A DNA stretch of 64,000 bases from Rhodothermales bacterium (GCA_965224105.1 CBDCYH010000002.1:900150-964149), one strand, 5' to 3'; numbered from the stretch's first letter, positions 26,845 to 37,644 are shown. Made by a program: numbers and translations. The notes: generated by a model from the letters alone, not told the origin.

Positions 26845-29800
26845 TTACTCGCTTTCTGCTGGATCCATTTCGAACAACTCTTCTTCGCCCTCGTCGGTGT
26901 CGTCATCCCCATTGCTGCTAATCTCATCAAACAGTTTTCCGAAGTCTTTGGCTTCTCCCTTCTCGCTCAGCGCGAGCTCTTCTTTCAGGTAAACTCCGGT
27001 CGGGGTTTTTTTGCGCGCCACTTGCTCGGGCGTTCCTTCACCGACAATGGTTCCACCTTTACTACCCCCCTCCGGGCCGAGGTCGATAACATGGTCGCAA
27101 ACTTTTATCACATCCATGTTGTGCTCGATTACCAGGACGGTGTTCCCCTTGTCAACCAGCGCGTGCAGGACGTTAAGTAACCTGCGCACATCTTCAAAGT
27201 GCAATCCCGTTGTGGGTTCATCCAGTATATACAGTGTGCTTCCGGTGCCCGGCCTCGAGAGCTCCTTACTAAGCTTCACCCGTTGCGCTTCGCCACCGGA
27301 AATGGTTGTTGCCTGTTGGCCAAGCCGAATGTAACCGAGACCAACAAGATCCAGTGTATGGAGTTTGCGTTGTATCCGCGGGATCTGCTCAAAAAACTGT
27401 AAAGCCTCGGACACCGTCATATTCAATACATCCGCAATCGATTTCCCTTTGAACGTCACCTCCAACGTCTCGGCGTTGTACCGCTTTCCCTTGCACGTAT
27501 CACACTCCACATAGACATCTGGCAGGAAATTCATTTCAAGCTTCGAAATGCCTGCGCCTTTGCATGTTTCGCATCTGCCACCTTTTACATTGAAGGAGAA
27601 TCTGCCTGGTTTGTAACCACGAATTTTTGATTCCGGAATCTCGGCAAACAAATCCCTGATATGGGTGAACAGCCCGGTGTACGTTGCAGGGTTGGACCGC
27701 GGGGTCCGTCCTATCGGCCGCTGATCGATTTCGATAACCTTGTCAATGTTGTCCAGGCCTTCTATCGCTGCATGCGGTAGGGGTACTTTTGATGCCTTGT
27801 GGTAGTGGCGCGCCAGGATAGGGTATAGGGTTTGGTTCACGAGCGTCGACTTGCCGGAACCGGATACTCCGGTTATTGCAACCAGTTTACCGAGCGGAAG
27901 TCGGAGGTCGACGTCTTTCAGATTGTGACCGCGAGCGCCTTTGAGCACTAGTGAAAGGCCGTTGCCTTTCCTCCTCCGCTTTGGAATGACAACCGACCTT
28001 TTCCGTGCCAGATATTGCGCGGTATAACCACGCGCTGATCCACCTCGAAGTAATTGTTTTGCCGTACCTGCAGAAATTACCTCGCCACCATATTCTCCTG
28101 CACCGGGACCGAGATCCACCACGTAGTCTGCAACCTCGATCATCTCTCGATCATGCTCAACAACGATGATGGTGTTGTCGAGGTCACGCAGTTGCATGAG
28201 CGAGTCAATGAGCTTGCTGTTGTCTCGTGCGTGCAGTCCGATGCTGGGTTCGTCCAGTACATACAGCACACCCGTCAGCTGCGTCCCGATTTGTGTAGCC
28301 AGTCGGATGCGTTGGCTCTCTCCACCTGAGAGCGTCCGGGCGGGTCTGTCTAAAGTGAGGTAGTCGATGCCGACGTTGAGAATAAAATCCAGTCGCTCCG
28401 TTATTTCCTTTACGATCGGTTTTGCAATTACGGCCTGCCGCTTTGTCAATTTCAATTCAGAAAAGAATGCGCGCAGAGAACCGAGATCCATTTGAACCAA
28501 ATCATGAATATTCTTCCCCCCCACTCGAAAAGACAGGCTCTGCTGCTTTAACCGCCCGCCGCCACATTCTGAGCACTTGTCTGAGCGCATGAAAGACTCG
28601 GCCCAACGTCGCAGGTGCGGCGAGCTCGTCTGATCCAGAACGTGCTGGATATGACCATAGACGCCAGCAAACCGGTGTTTGTATTTTACTGTGCGCGATT
28701 TGTACTTGTACTCAATGTCAAACTGCTTCTCCCCGGCACCATCAAGCAGTACCTCCAGTTGGTCGGTCGTGAACTCCGACAGGGGAGTATCGAAAGTAAA
28801 TTTGTACGCATTCGCAACAGCTCCAAGCTGGCTGAACATCCAGATGTCGCGCGGTTTTCCCAGCGACTGGATCCCACCCTCGTTGATGGTCTTCGAGTAA
28901 TCCGGAATCACCAGCTCGGGGTCTATTTCCTTCGTGTAGCCGAGGCCGTTGCAATGCGGGCACGCGCCGTACGGTGAATTGAACGAAAACGTGTTCGGCG
29001 AAGGGTCGTCATACGAGATGCCGTCTGTCGGAGAAAACAGGTGCCTACTGAACAACAAATCATCCGCGCCACCCGCTTCATCCAGAACCGCTGCGATTAC
29101 GGCCCCATTGCCAATTCCTAGTCCTACCTCGACTGACTGTGCAACCCGCGTTCGGACCCCGGGCTTAATGATGATCCGGTCGACAACCACTTCGATGTCA
29201 TGCGTCTTGTACCGATCGACTTTCAGTCCCTTTTGGATTTCGACGACTTCCCCGTCGATGCGCACCCGGTTGAATCCCTGTTTCGCAATTTGCTCGAACA
29301 GCTCGCGGTAATGACCCTTGCGTCCTTTCACGACGGGAGCAAGCAAGAGAAGTCGCGTACCATCGGGAAGGTTGCTGATGCCATCGATAATCTCATCATC
29401 AGACTGCCTGCGCATTTCTTCGCCGGAGATGTATGAGTGAGCGGTTCCAGCGCGGGCAAACAAGAGTCGAAGGAAATCATAAATCTCCGTGACTGTCCCA
29501 ACTGTCGAGCGCGGATTACGGCTTACGGTTTTCTGCTCAATCGCAATCACCGGTGAGAGGCCGTCGATGAAATCCACGTCCGGCCGCTCCATCATCCCGA
29601 GGAATTGCCGCGCGTACGCGCTCAGGCTCTCCATGTACCGGCGCTGGCCCTCGGCATAGATTGTATCGAAGGCAAGACTCGACTTACCCGATCCGGACAG
29701 TCCCGTCACAACCGTAAGCTGGTTGCGGGGGATGTCGACGTCGATGTCTTTGAGGTTGTGCTCGCGGGCGCCTCGGATTACAATCTTTTCGTCCATGCAG

Positions 29801-29850
29801 CTTGGAGGATAGACTGTGGCAAACTGAACCGCCGAATCTTCGTTCCTCAT
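26845..29850 (-). CDS. uvrA: Excinuclease ABC subunit A
   Basis: 1001 aa. Two ABC ATPase modules ([20 protein letters not shown]). Zn-finger Cys clusters. Signature LSGGE motifs. Confidence 0.97.
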   Translation of the reverse strand: MRNEDSAVQFATVYPPSCMDEKIVIRGAREHNLKDIDVDIPRNQLTVVTGLSGSGKSSLAFDTIYAEGQRRYMESLSAYARQFLGMMERPDVDFIDGLSPVIAIEQKTVSRNPRSTVGTVTEIYDFLRLLFARAGTAHSYISGEEMRRQSDDEIIDGISNLPDGTRLLLLAPVVKGRKGHYRELFEQIAKQGFNRVRIDGEVVEIQKGLKVDRYKTHDIEVVVDRIIIKPGVRTRVAQSVEVGLGIGNGAVIAAVLDEAGGADDLLFSRHLFSPTDGISYDDPSPNTFSFNSPYGACPHCNGLGYTKEIDPELVIPDYSKTINEGGIQSLGKPRDIWMFSQLGAVANAYKFTFDTPLSEFTTDQLEVLLDGAGEKQFDIEYKYKSRTVKYKHRFAGVYGHIQHVLDQTSSPHLRRWAESFMRSDKCSECGGGRLKQQSLSFRVGGKNIHDLVQMDLGSLRAFFSELKLTKRQAVIAKPIVKEITERLDFILNVGIDYLTLDRPARTLSGGESQRIRLATQIGTQLTGVLYVLDEPSIGLHARDNSKLIDSLMQLRDLDNTIIVVEHDREMIEVADYVVDLGPGAGEYGGEVISAGTAKQLLRGGSARGYTAQYLARKRSVVIPKRRRKGNGLSLVLKGARGHNLKDVDLRLPLGKLVAITGVSGSGKSTLVNQTLYPILARHYHKASKVPLPHAAIEGLDNIDKVIEIDQRPIGRTPRSNPATYTGLFTHIRDLFAEIPESKIRGYKPGRFSFNVKGGRCETCKGAGISKLEMNFLPDVYVECDTCKGKRYNAETLEVTFKGKSIADVLNMTVSEALQFFEQIPRIQRKLHTLDLVGLGYIRLGQQATTISGGEAQRVKLSKELSRPGTGSTLYILDEPTTGLHFEDVRRLLNVLHALVDKGNTVLVIEHNMDVIKVCDHVIDLGPEGGSKGGTIVGEGTPEQVARKKTPTGVYLKEELALSEKGEAKDFGKLFDEISSNGDDDTDEGEEELFEMDPAESE

Positions 29851-29879
29851 TTACACGGACTTGTTTGTCGGTGCGTGAT

Positions 29880-30440
29880 CTAGCTTGCTTTTCTTTTCGG
29901 CTGACGCCGAGGGGCCGGAGCTTGATTCGGTTTCCTGTTGCGCGTCTGTCCAACTACAACGAATGGCTCCAGGTGCGGCTGCGTTGCAATCCCATCGCCA
30001 GACATCCCTGGTAAGAAAGCAGCTGGAATTTTCGGTTCGTGGACAAACTGCTTTCGTTCGTCCACCTCCTCCCATCGCTGCGGTATCCGGTACAAATATC
30101 TGCCGATACCCCACTGCACGGCCGCACGTCGCATGCTACTGCTAAGGCCACCTTTGACGGATGCGAGTTTTGTGTTGGGCGCTCCATCCCATTTTGTTAT
30201 CCACTCCCCATCAACGCAGATGGAAATCCCACACAGCACGCCGCCGCCCGGGCCGCGCTGAAATTCGTTGCGCCAGTTGGCCGGTCCGCACACCTGGTCC
30301 AGTCGATCCATGATGGCGCGGTTGGTTACGTAGGGTACCGCCAGCGCACGTTTGAGGTCGGTCGTGAATCTTACCGGCTTCCATTCAATGTCTGTGCTCG
30401 TGAAGTATTCCGAGAGGCGAGAGAGATCAGGTCGCGACAT
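29880..30440 (-). CDS. Rad52/Rad22-family single-strand annealing protein (DdrA / phage Sak-like)
   Basis: 186 aa. GPANW...C...GEW...KGGLSSSMRRAAVQWGIGRYLY matches the Rad52-family hallmark (AxSDALKRAAVxFGIGRYLY). Basic Pro-rich C-terminal tail. Confidence 0.8.
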   Translation of the reverse strand: MSRPDLSRLSEYFTSTDIEWKPVRFTTDLKRALAVPYVTNRAIMDRLDQVCGPANWRNEFQRGPGGGVLCGISICVDGEWITKWDGAPNTKLASVKGGLSSSMRRAAVQWGIGRYLYRIPQRWEEVDERKQFVHEPKIPAAFLPGMSGDGIATQPHLEPFVVVGQTRNRKPNQAPAPRRQPKRKAS

Positions 30441-30495
30441 GTTTTACCCCGGTTAGGCTCATTTTGTTGGTCTGATGCAACATAACGGGGGTGGG

Positions 30496-30511
30496 TGACA
30501 ACCGTTTGTCA
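30496..30511. promoter_or_regulatory. Inverted repeat TGACAA-N4-TTGTCA in the divergent promoter region upstream of the Rad52-like/uvrA operon; candidate operator
   Basis: Perfect 6-bp arms, about 55 bp upstream of the Rad52-like start codon. Confidence 0.25.
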
Positions 30512-30776
30512 TAGGTTAGGAAGGAGGATTATCAGCCACATGGGCTTCTGTGACTCTTGAGTCTCTCCGATCCGCATTAGTGCCACAGTCTCTGCCATTA
30601 AGCTGCCGATCGCAGCCTAGCTCTGGCAAAAGAAAACGGTGAAGATTTATCTACCCCAGGACAGTTCTTGACCAGAAAAACCTCCATCCGGAAATTTCCA
30701 CCTCCGAAGCGTGCTTTTTTGCAACAGCTACGCTATATACCTACGTATACAATAGCATACTTGCCGGGCGGTTGCC

Positions 30777-31373
30777 ATGAGTACAATCTATCTGATTAGC
30801 CTTATCGTCGGGGGATTCTTCGTAATCCTGTCTATGATCGGCGGCGACAGCGATGCCGACGTCGACGTCGGTGGAGATGTGGATCTCGAAGTTGACTTCG
30901 ACACCGACTTTGATGCCGACGCAGACATGGGCGCGGATGCGGGGCTGGATGCATCGGGAGTTGGATTCATAGATCTGCTGTCTGTTCGAACGCTGTTCTT
31001 TTTCCTGGCATTTTTTGGCCTCACCGGGACACTGTTCAACATGATGGGTACCGCAGAACCCCTTGCGGCAATATTATCCCTGGCCACGGGCGCTGTAATT
31101 GGACTCGGCGCTAACTACATCATTAAAACCATCGGATACAAATCTGTAACCAGCAACGCCACAACCCGTGAGCTGAAGGGCGCAACCGGCAAGGTCTTGC
31201 TCCCATTTGACGGCGCGGCAAAAGGAAAAATTTCAGTCGTTGCTAAAGGTCAGCGGTTGCAGCTCGTTGCGCGCTCGCTCGACGAAACGACAAAGGAATC
31301 GTTTGACAAAGGAGAGGAAATCGTAATCGTTCGGATGAACGGCTCGATAGCGGAAGTTGTAAAACCCAATTAA
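30777..31373 (+). CDS. NfeD-family membrane protein (TM + C-terminal OB-fold) with an acidic Asp-rich repeat insert
   Basis: 198 aa. N-terminal TM. (D-A/V-D) low-complexity stretch. Second TM. C-terminal beta-rich domain. Immediately precedes the flotillin gene. Confidence 0.72.
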   Translation: MSTIYLISLIVGGFFVILSMIGGDSDADVDVGGDVDLEVDFDTDFDADADMGADAGLDASGVGFIDLLSVRTLFFFLAFFGLTGTLFNMMGTAEPLAAILSLATGAVIGLGANYIIKTIGYKSVTSNATTRELKGATGKVLLPFDGAAKGKISVVAKGQRLQLVARSLDETTKESFDKGEEIVIVRMNGSIAEVVKPN

Positions 31374-31382
31374 GAGGAAATC

Positions 31383-32618
31383 ATGGAAGTTTTAGTAATA
31401 CCGTTTGCCATTATCGTTGCCGCGATGGCTGTGATTGGCGTTATCCGCGCCAACCTGAAGATCTGCCAGCCGAACGAAGTGCTGATCTTCAGTGGTAGGC
31501 AGAACAAGCTGTCAGACGGCAGCACCGTTGGCTATCGCGTCATCCGCGGAGGTAGGGGTTTTCGGATTCCCATCATCGAAAAGGTTGACCGGTTATTCCT
31601 GAACACCATTCCCCTCGATCTTACCATCAACAACGCATATTGCCGTGGCGGTATTCCACTCACCGTCCGCGCTATTGCGAACGTAAAGGTTGCGTCAACA
31701 GAGGCGGAACTGAACAACGCGGTTGAACGATTGCTGGGCAAACCCTGGGAAGAAATCCAGATGATTGCCAAGGAAACGCTTGAAGGAAACTTGCGCGGTG
31801 TAATCGCAAAGCTTACTCCAGAGGAGGTGAACGAAGACCGCCTGAAGTTCGCGCGCGAACTGCTTGATGAAGCCGACTCGGACATGAATGCGCTGGGATT
31901 GCAACTTGATACGCTCAAGATCCAGAGTGTCGAGGACGACCGCGGATATCTTGACGCGATTGGACGGCAGAGTTCGGCAAACGTGATTGCCGCCGCCGAA
32001 ATTGTTGAAGCGCAAAAACTTGAAGCTGCGAAGCTCGCACAAGCCAAGGCAGACAAGTCCATTGTCGAGGCCGAGAACGATGTTCGTCTCGTGCGTGCAA
32101 GGTTAGATGCCCAGGCAGTAGCCGAAGAAGCGAAGGTAGCAGTTGCGGCCAAAGTCGCCGAGGCAAAGGCCGAGCAGGAGCTGGCGCAGCAGGAAATTAT
32201 GCTTGCCGAAAAACGCCAACGTGCAGAGATCATCGTTGCCGCGGAGGCCGAGCGCCAGGCCAAAGAGGAAATTGCCAAAGGCAACGCTGCGAGAATCTTC
32301 GAGGACGGTAACGCCGAAGTGGAGGTTCTCAAGAAAAAACTCGAGCTGTGGCACGAGGCCGGATCGGAAGCCGAGAAACTATTCCTCATCCAGATGCTGC
32401 CGGACATTCTGAGTCAGGTAGTTAAGACGGTCGACAATCTGCAGATCGACAAGATCACAGTCGTGGACAGCGGCCAGGGAAGTGGAGGTGGAGTACCAGC
32501 AGTGTTTAGTCAGATTGCAGGCTCGACGCCGGCGTTACTGGAAAGCTTGAAGGCGAGCACAGGTGTGGACATTGCGGGGATGTTGAGCAAGGTAAACCCC
32601 GAGGATGAGGCCGGATAA
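31383..32618 (+). CDS. Flotillin-like SPFH/band-7 protein (FloT/YqiK family)
   Basis: 411 aa. N-terminal TM. SPFH domain. Long Ala/Glu-rich coiled-coil (EA repeats). C-terminal flotillin region. Confidence 0.88.
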   Translation: MEVLVIPFAIIVAAMAVIGVIRANLKICQPNEVLIFSGRQNKLSDGSTVGYRVIRGGRGFRIPIIEKVDRLFLNTIPLDLTINNAYCRGGIPLTVRAIANVKVASTEAELNNAVERLLGKPWEEIQMIAKETLEGNLRGVIAKLTPEEVNEDRLKFARELLDEADSDMNALGLQLDTLKIQSVEDDRGYLDAIGRQSSANVIAAAEIVEAQKLEAAKLAQAKADKSIVEAENDVRLVRARLDAQAVAEEAKVAVAAKVAEAKAEQELAQQEIMLAEKRQRAEIIVAAEAERQAKEEIAKGNAARIFEDGNAEVEVLKKKLELWHEAGSEAEKLFLIQMLPDILSQVVKTVDNLQIDKITVVDSGQGSGGGVPAVFSQIAGSTPALLESLKASTGVDIAGMLSKVNPEDEAG

Positions 32619-32919
32619 GTAGATGCTCCGCAGACTGTCGATCGAGTTGCGAGGGAAAGTAGAACTTTAGCGAATTGGGACAAGTACATTCCACCCGGGC
32701 CAACGCAAGGATCGAAAATGTTTACGTTCTCACGTAGGTAACCGATCCTTTTGATTGGCTTTCGACAAAAATATAGTCTGGTTTGGTTCGGTAGGTAGGG
32801 GTTCCGCCGTCTCAAAGGAACAATATTGTCGACACTGCTGATTGTAGGTGATAAGTCGCGATCCCGCCCATACATTCGTGACATCAGTTGGAATAGGCGA
32901 AACACGTAAGACCATAGGT

Positions 32920-34035
32920 ATGAAAAAGGCCTTGATTACTGGCATTACGGGACAAGACGGCTCATACCTCGCCGAATTCCTGCTTGCCAAGGGATACGAA
33001 GTTCATGGCATCAAACGACGGGCGTCCTCGTTTAATACTGATCGGATTGATCACATTTACGAAGATCCCCACATTGAGAACGCCCGTTTCTACCTTCACT
33101 ATGGCGATCTGACAGACACATCGAACCTGATCCGGCTGGTCGGAGAAATCGAGCCGGATGAGATATACAACCTGGGTGCACAATCCCATGTTGCTGTTTC
33201 TTTCGCCACTCCTGAATACACGGCTGACGTTGACGCAATCGGAGCACTGCGGTTGCTGGAGGCAATCAGATTTTTGGGTCTCGAAGATAAAACGCGTTTC
33301 TACCAGGCATCGACATCCGAGCTGTATGGGGACGTGCGGGAGAGCCCTCAAAACGAGGAAACTCCGTTCTATCCAAGATCGCCATATGCTGTTGCAAAGC
33401 TGTATGCATTTTGGATCACAGTAAATTACAGAGAGGCCTACGGTATCTACGCCTGCAATGGGATACTTTTTAACCACGAATCACCAAGGCGAGGCGAAAC
33501 GTTCGTCACCCGTAAAATCACAAGAGCGATAGCCAACATCGCGCATGGCCTTGAGCCATGCCTATACCTTGGGAATATGGACGCCCTCAGAGACTGGGGA
33601 CATGCCAGAGACTATGTCCGAATGCAATGGATGATGCTGCAGCAGGATGAGCCCGAAGACTTTGTTATCGCCACAGGAAGACAGCTGTCCGTTCGTGAGT
33701 TTGTGAAGATGTCGGCCAACGAGTGTGGGATCGGCCTGAAGTTTTCCGGTGACGGTCGCGACGAAATTGCAACAGTCGTTTCAGTAGATGGTTCGCTTGC
33801 ACCCCACGTTAACGTTGGGGATGTAATAGTAAAGGTTGACCCCAGATACTTCCGACCGGCCGAAGTAGAAACACTTCTAGGCGACCCAACGAAAGCAAGA
33901 AGCAAGCTGGGCTGGATTCCCGAGATCACAGTAGAAGAAATGTGCGCAGAGATGGTTGCCCACGACCTTGATCAGGCGCGGCGCCATTCTTTACTTCGAT
34001 CGCACGGCTTCGAGGTTGCTGTCACAAAAGCATAG
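32920..34035 (+). CDS. gmd: GDP-mannose 4,6-dehydratase
   Basis: [22 protein letters not shown]...; true start at the internal ATG at 32920. Confidence 0.95.
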   Translation: MKKALITGITGQDGSYLAEFLLAKGYEVHGIKRRASSFNTDRIDHIYEDPHIENARFYLHYGDLTDTSNLIRLVGEIEPDEIYNLGAQSHVAVSFATPEYTADVDAIGALRLLEAIRFLGLEDKTRFYQASTSELYGDVRESPQNEETPFYPRSPYAVAKLYAFWITVNYREAYGIYACNGILFNHESPRRGETFVTRKITRAIANIAHGLEPCLYLGNMDALRDWGHARDYVRMQWMMLQQDEPEDFVIATGRQLSVREFVKMSANECGIGLKFSGDGRDEIATVVSVDGSLAPHVNVGDVIVKVDPRYFRPAEVETLLGDPTKARSKLGWIPEITVEEMCAEMVAHDLDQARRHSLLRSHGFEVAVTKA

Positions 34036-34091
34036 GAATTGATTCTCACATCGACCAACGTACGACGTTTTTCGGATCGGCTGAACCATTT

Positions 34092-35033
34092 ATGAAACGA
34101 CTCCTTGTACTCGGGGCAAGCGGAATGGTAGGCTCGGCATTAGTTCGGGCTGCCGAAGACCGCGGCTATCAAAGCATCTCGGCGCCCCGCAGCCGCGAAC
34201 TGGATTTGACAAACCAGGCTGAAACGGCTCAGTATTTTGATCACCACAAACCCGAGTTCGTAATTGTGGCGGCCGCTAAAGTCGGAGGGATTCATGCGAA
34301 TGACACGTATCCAGCTGAGTTCCTCTATCAAAATTTGATGATCGCGGCAAACTCAATAGAAGCTGCTCATTCTTCTGGAGTGTTGCGACTCCTCTTTCTC
34401 GGAAGCTCGTGCATATACCCAAAGCATGCGCCACAACCAATGGCCGAGAATAGTTTGCTGACATCCGAGCTTGAGCCAACGAACGAAGCATACGCCGTTG
34501 CAAAAATAGCCGGCTTGAAATTATGCCAGTATTATCGGAAGCAATTTGGTGTGCTCTTCCATTCGGCCATGCCGACTAACCTCTACGGCCCCGGCGATAA
34601 CTATCATCCTGAAAATTCGCACGTCATTCCCGCCCTAATCCGGCGGTTCCACGAAGCGAAAATGGCAAACAAGGAATCCGTAACGATTTGGGGAACGGGT
34701 ACTCCCCAGCGAGAATTTCTGTATGTTGACGATCTCGCAGACGCGTGCTTCCATTTGATTAATTTGGAGGATCCACCAGACTGGGTAAACATTGGCTACG
34801 GCTCCGATGTATCTATCTTGAAACTGGCGAAGGCCGTCGCCACTGCAATAGGATTTGAGGGAGAAATAGTGACAGATCCCTCAAAGCCTGACGGCGCGCC
34901 CAGAAAACTGATGGACAGTTCAGTACTCAGGGGTCTGGGCTGGACTCCAAAAGTAGATCTTCCCAAAGGCCTTGCGAAAACGTATAAAACTTTCCTGGAA
35001 GAGTTAGCGGATGGTCGAATTCGCTCCCGATAG
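34092..35033 (+). CDS. fcl: GDP-L-fucose synthase (GDP-4-keto-6-deoxymannose 3,5-epimerase/4-reductase)
   Basis: 313 aa. [17 protein letters not shown] and SDR-fold motifs typical of Fcl/WcaG. Confidence 0.92.
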   Translation: MKRLLVLGASGMVGSALVRAAEDRGYQSISAPRSRELDLTNQAETAQYFDHHKPEFVIVAAAKVGGIHANDTYPAEFLYQNLMIAANSIEAAHSSGVLRLLFLGSSCIYPKHAPQPMAENSLLTSELEPTNEAYAVAKIAGLKLCQYYRKQFGVLFHSAMPTNLYGPGDNYHPENSHVIPALIRRFHEAKMANKESVTIWGTGTPQREFLYVDDLADACFHLINLEDPPDWVNIGYGSDVSILKLAKAVATAIGFEGEIVTDPSKPDGAPRKLMDSSVLRGLGWTPKVDLPKGLAKTYKTFLEELADGRIRSR

Positions 35034-35053
35034 CATTACAGGGGAATATCAGA

Positions 35054-35845
35054 GTGACTGCAGCCAAAAAATTGGATAACGTGACGCTGCCTGAAAATAT
35101 AACCGTTCCGGTTATTGGTCTGCCAGTCGCCGTTACCACCTATGAGAAAGCAATCCAGTGGATCAAGGCGGCCGCAGTTCGGGGTGATCGTGCATACGCG
35201 GTCGAGGCTGCCAACACACATGTGGCAGCACTGGCAAGACACGACAAGTCGTTTGAGGATGTCATGACCAAGTTTGACTTGATTACTCCAGACGGGATGC
35301 CCTTGGTGTGGTCTGTAAATCGACAAGTTGACCAGGAAACCAGACTTAAAGATCGGGTCTACGGACCAACCCTGATGCTCAAATGCATTGAAGAAAGTCA
35401 GAACGATAGCAGCGTCAAGCACTTTTTCTTCGGAGGCTCGCAATCCACTCTAGAAAAACTGGCTCATCGTTTCTCATACGAATATCCTGATGCCGACATA
35501 GTTGGCTCTTATTCACCCCCATTTGGAGATTGGCCAGCAGACGAGTTCGATCGCATCTGTGGTCACATTCGCGACGCGAGAGCGAATGTAGTCTGGGTGG
35601 GATTGGGTTGTCCCAAACAAGAAAAATGGATTGCAGACCACAAAGATCGATTACCACCGGCTGTATATCTGGGAATCGGCGCGGCCTTCGCCTTCCACGC
35701 TGGCGAAGTAAAACAAGCACCAGACTGGATCCAGCGTTCAGGTATTGAGTGGTTTTATAGGCTCTTTAGAGAACCCCGGCGCTTGTTTAGACGATACCTG
35801 ACTTACAACTCACTTTTCCTTTGGTATAGCTTTTGGGACAAGTAG
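35054..35845 (+). CDS. WecB/TagA/CpsF-family glycosyltransferase (GT26)
   Basis: 263 aa. Family-typical ...ITPDGMPLVW..., ...FFFGG... and ...WVGLGCPKQE... motifs. Confidence 0.88.
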   Translation: MTAAKKLDNVTLPENITVPVIGLPVAVTTYEKAIQWIKAAAVRGDRAYAVEAANTHVAALARHDKSFEDVMTKFDLITPDGMPLVWSVNRQVDQETRLKDRVYGPTLMLKCIEESQNDSSVKHFFFGGSQSTLEKLAHRFSYEYPDADIVGSYSPPFGDWPADEFDRICGHIRDARANVVWVGLGCPKQEKWIADHKDRLPPAVYLGIGAAFAFHAGEVKQAPDWIQRSGIEWFYRLFREPRRLFRRYLTYNSLFLWYSFWDK

Positions 35846-35982
35846 TTATCCGATCCCGGAATCGCAGAAGGAATTTCTATTTCACAGCCCAATCAAGCGT
35901 TGGCTCTATCCAGTCGTCAAGTGGTTTGTATACAATTCCATGCCTGAGACCAACGTCGAGCGTGATCTCCTTGTAATCTTAT

Positions 35983-36831
35983 TTGCTCGCATTTGATTTA
36001 GAGATGGCAACTCATCACTCTCCTGCTCCTGGGTCTGACGAAACAGATACTCCGCTGGATGAATTTGAAGACGCATTCCTCGCTCTCAGGGATTCCCTGC
36101 ATTCATTCCTGCTCAGAACTACTGCCAATAGGGCAGATGCAGACGATCTGGTACAAGATACCTATGTGAGGGCCCGCAACAGCATTGAGCAATTTGCAGG
36201 TAGGTCAAGTTTGAAAACGTGGATTTTTAGAATTGGCTACAATCTCGCCCGCGACAATGCAAGAACCAGGCAGCGATGGCGTGATGACATTCAAGACCGC
36301 TGCCGAGCAAGCACGCAAGCAGCGCCAGAAAAGGTTGCCAAAATGCGAGCACTAGTCGCGAATTCGCCCGCGGATCAGTACGAGTTCCGGGAGCACATCG
36401 ATTATTGTTTTACCTGCCTGGGTAAGACGCTCCCCATCGAAAACCAGGTAACGCTCATTCTTAAAACTATTTACGGCTTCAAGATTAGCGATATTTGCGA
36501 TATCGTTGAATTGTCAGAAGGAAAAGTAAAGCACGCACTGGCTAACGCCCGCCAAACACTAACCGAAATCTTCGACCGCCGATGTTCACTTATCAACTCC
36601 CAGGGGATTTGCCACCAGTGTTCGGAAATGAGCGGCTTTTTCAATCCCAAACAGGATGCCCAACAGCGGAAAATGCAATTGCACTTGGTTCAGCAAGCAC
36701 AAAAAGGAGTGGATACAAACAGACTGCTGAGTCTCCGGTTGGCGCTTATTGCTGGAGTAGACCCGAACCATGCACCGGGGTCCAGCCTCCATGCCTATCT
36801 ACTAGATCTTATGCAAGACCACGTAGACTAA
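35983..36831 (+). CDS. ECF-type sigma-70 factor with a Cys-rich C-terminal extension (CFTC...CHQC)
   Basis: 282 aa. Region 2 (DLVQDTYVRA) and region 4 present. About 90 extra C-terminal residues carry two CxxC pairs. Confidence 0.68.
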   Translation: MLAFDLEMATHHSPAPGSDETDTPLDEFEDAFLALRDSLHSFLLRTTANRADADDLVQDTYVRARNSIEQFAGRSSLKTWIFRIGYNLARDNARTRQRWRDDIQDRCRASTQAAPEKVAKMRALVANSPADQYEFREHIDYCFTCLGKTLPIENQVTLILKTIYGFKISDICDIVELSEGKVKHALANARQTLTEIFDRRCSLINSQGICHQCSEMSGFFNPKQDAQQRKMQLHLVQQAQKGVDTNRLLSLRLALIAGVDPNHAPGSSLHAYLLDLMQDHVD

Positions 36832-36835
36832 ATAT

Positions 36836-37528
36836 TCATTCTGATTCGTTACCCGCAAGGTATTCGTCCAACCGTTTTATCAGGTCAGCTTCGGCCTCTT
36901 CGATAAGGAGTCGCTCTTTTTCTCCCACCGGTGCTACCATTACGGCCGACGGTAGACCCGGCGCCTGAACAAACGGAACGTAGTCAAACCGATCGTCGCT
37001 TGCACCGACAGCATCGTCGGTCATGTATGGACCATAGAACATCAGGTGCGGTACATATCCACCCATCCGCCCATTCACTCGGAAAACCGGCGACAACATG
37101 TAGGATATTCCATGGCCAGGAAGATCATAATCTCCGTTCGTCCAGCGCTCCGTGATTATTGATTTGACCTCTTCACGGTCCATGTTCAATTCCAACATTG
37201 CAACCTCATCAATAACCGCCTGCAAGACCGACTTACTACCAACTTTGTCGTAACAGATGGGTAAGATTGCGTCGCTGTAATTTCCGGGGATGACGCCACT
37301 CCGGCGAACGAGGCATTCGAATCCGTTGGACGATTCTCTTATCAAGGCGTAGCCGCCTCGTTCCAGCAGATACAGACCTGCGTCCGCGCGAAGGTGAGCT
37401 GGAAGTGCACTAAGTGCGAGATCGGTTTCGAGATCTTTCGGCAGAATCTCGGGAAGGGCTTGTGTCTGAGACCAGCAAACATCCGTCGCAAAAACGGAGA
37501 GAACAGTAAGGATAAGAATCAGCTTCAT
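36836..37528 (-). CDS. Secreted hypothetical protein (signal peptide MKLILILTVLSVFA)
   Basis: Open frame with a clear signal peptide. No family assigned. Confidence 0.5.
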   Translation of the reverse strand: MKLILILTVLSVFATDVCWSQTQALPEILPKDLETDLALSALPAHLRADAGLYLLERGGYALIRESSNGFECLVRRSGVIPGNYSDAILPICYDKVGSKSVLQAVIDEVAMLELNMDREEVKSIITERWTNGDYDLPGHGISYMLSPVFRVNGRMGGYVPHLMFYGPYMTDDAVGASDDRFDYVPFVQAPGLPSAVMVAPVGEKERLLIEEAEADLIKRLDEYLAGNESE

Positions 37529-37644
37529 TTTAACGGTCCTGATGTGGTACCAATCGGGCAACGCGATGGTCGCCCATATCTTAGACGAATGACCGTTCGA
37601 AAACGGACGAGTCCGGAATAGCTCGCTAAAACCCCGCTTCCTAC

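Noticed and set aside
30841-30960. Short GAC/GCC/GTC-rich repeats that could be mistaken for a repeat array
   Set aside because: They are in-frame within the NfeD gene and encode an Asp/Ala/Val low-complexity segment. There are no spacer-like unique units, so this is not CRISPR.
31532-32407. 291-aa minus-strand ORF
   Set aside because: It is antisense to the flotillin coiled-coil region (GAA/GCC repeats). It gives Ser/Ala-rich low-complexity translation, while the flotillin frame has clear SPFH motifs.
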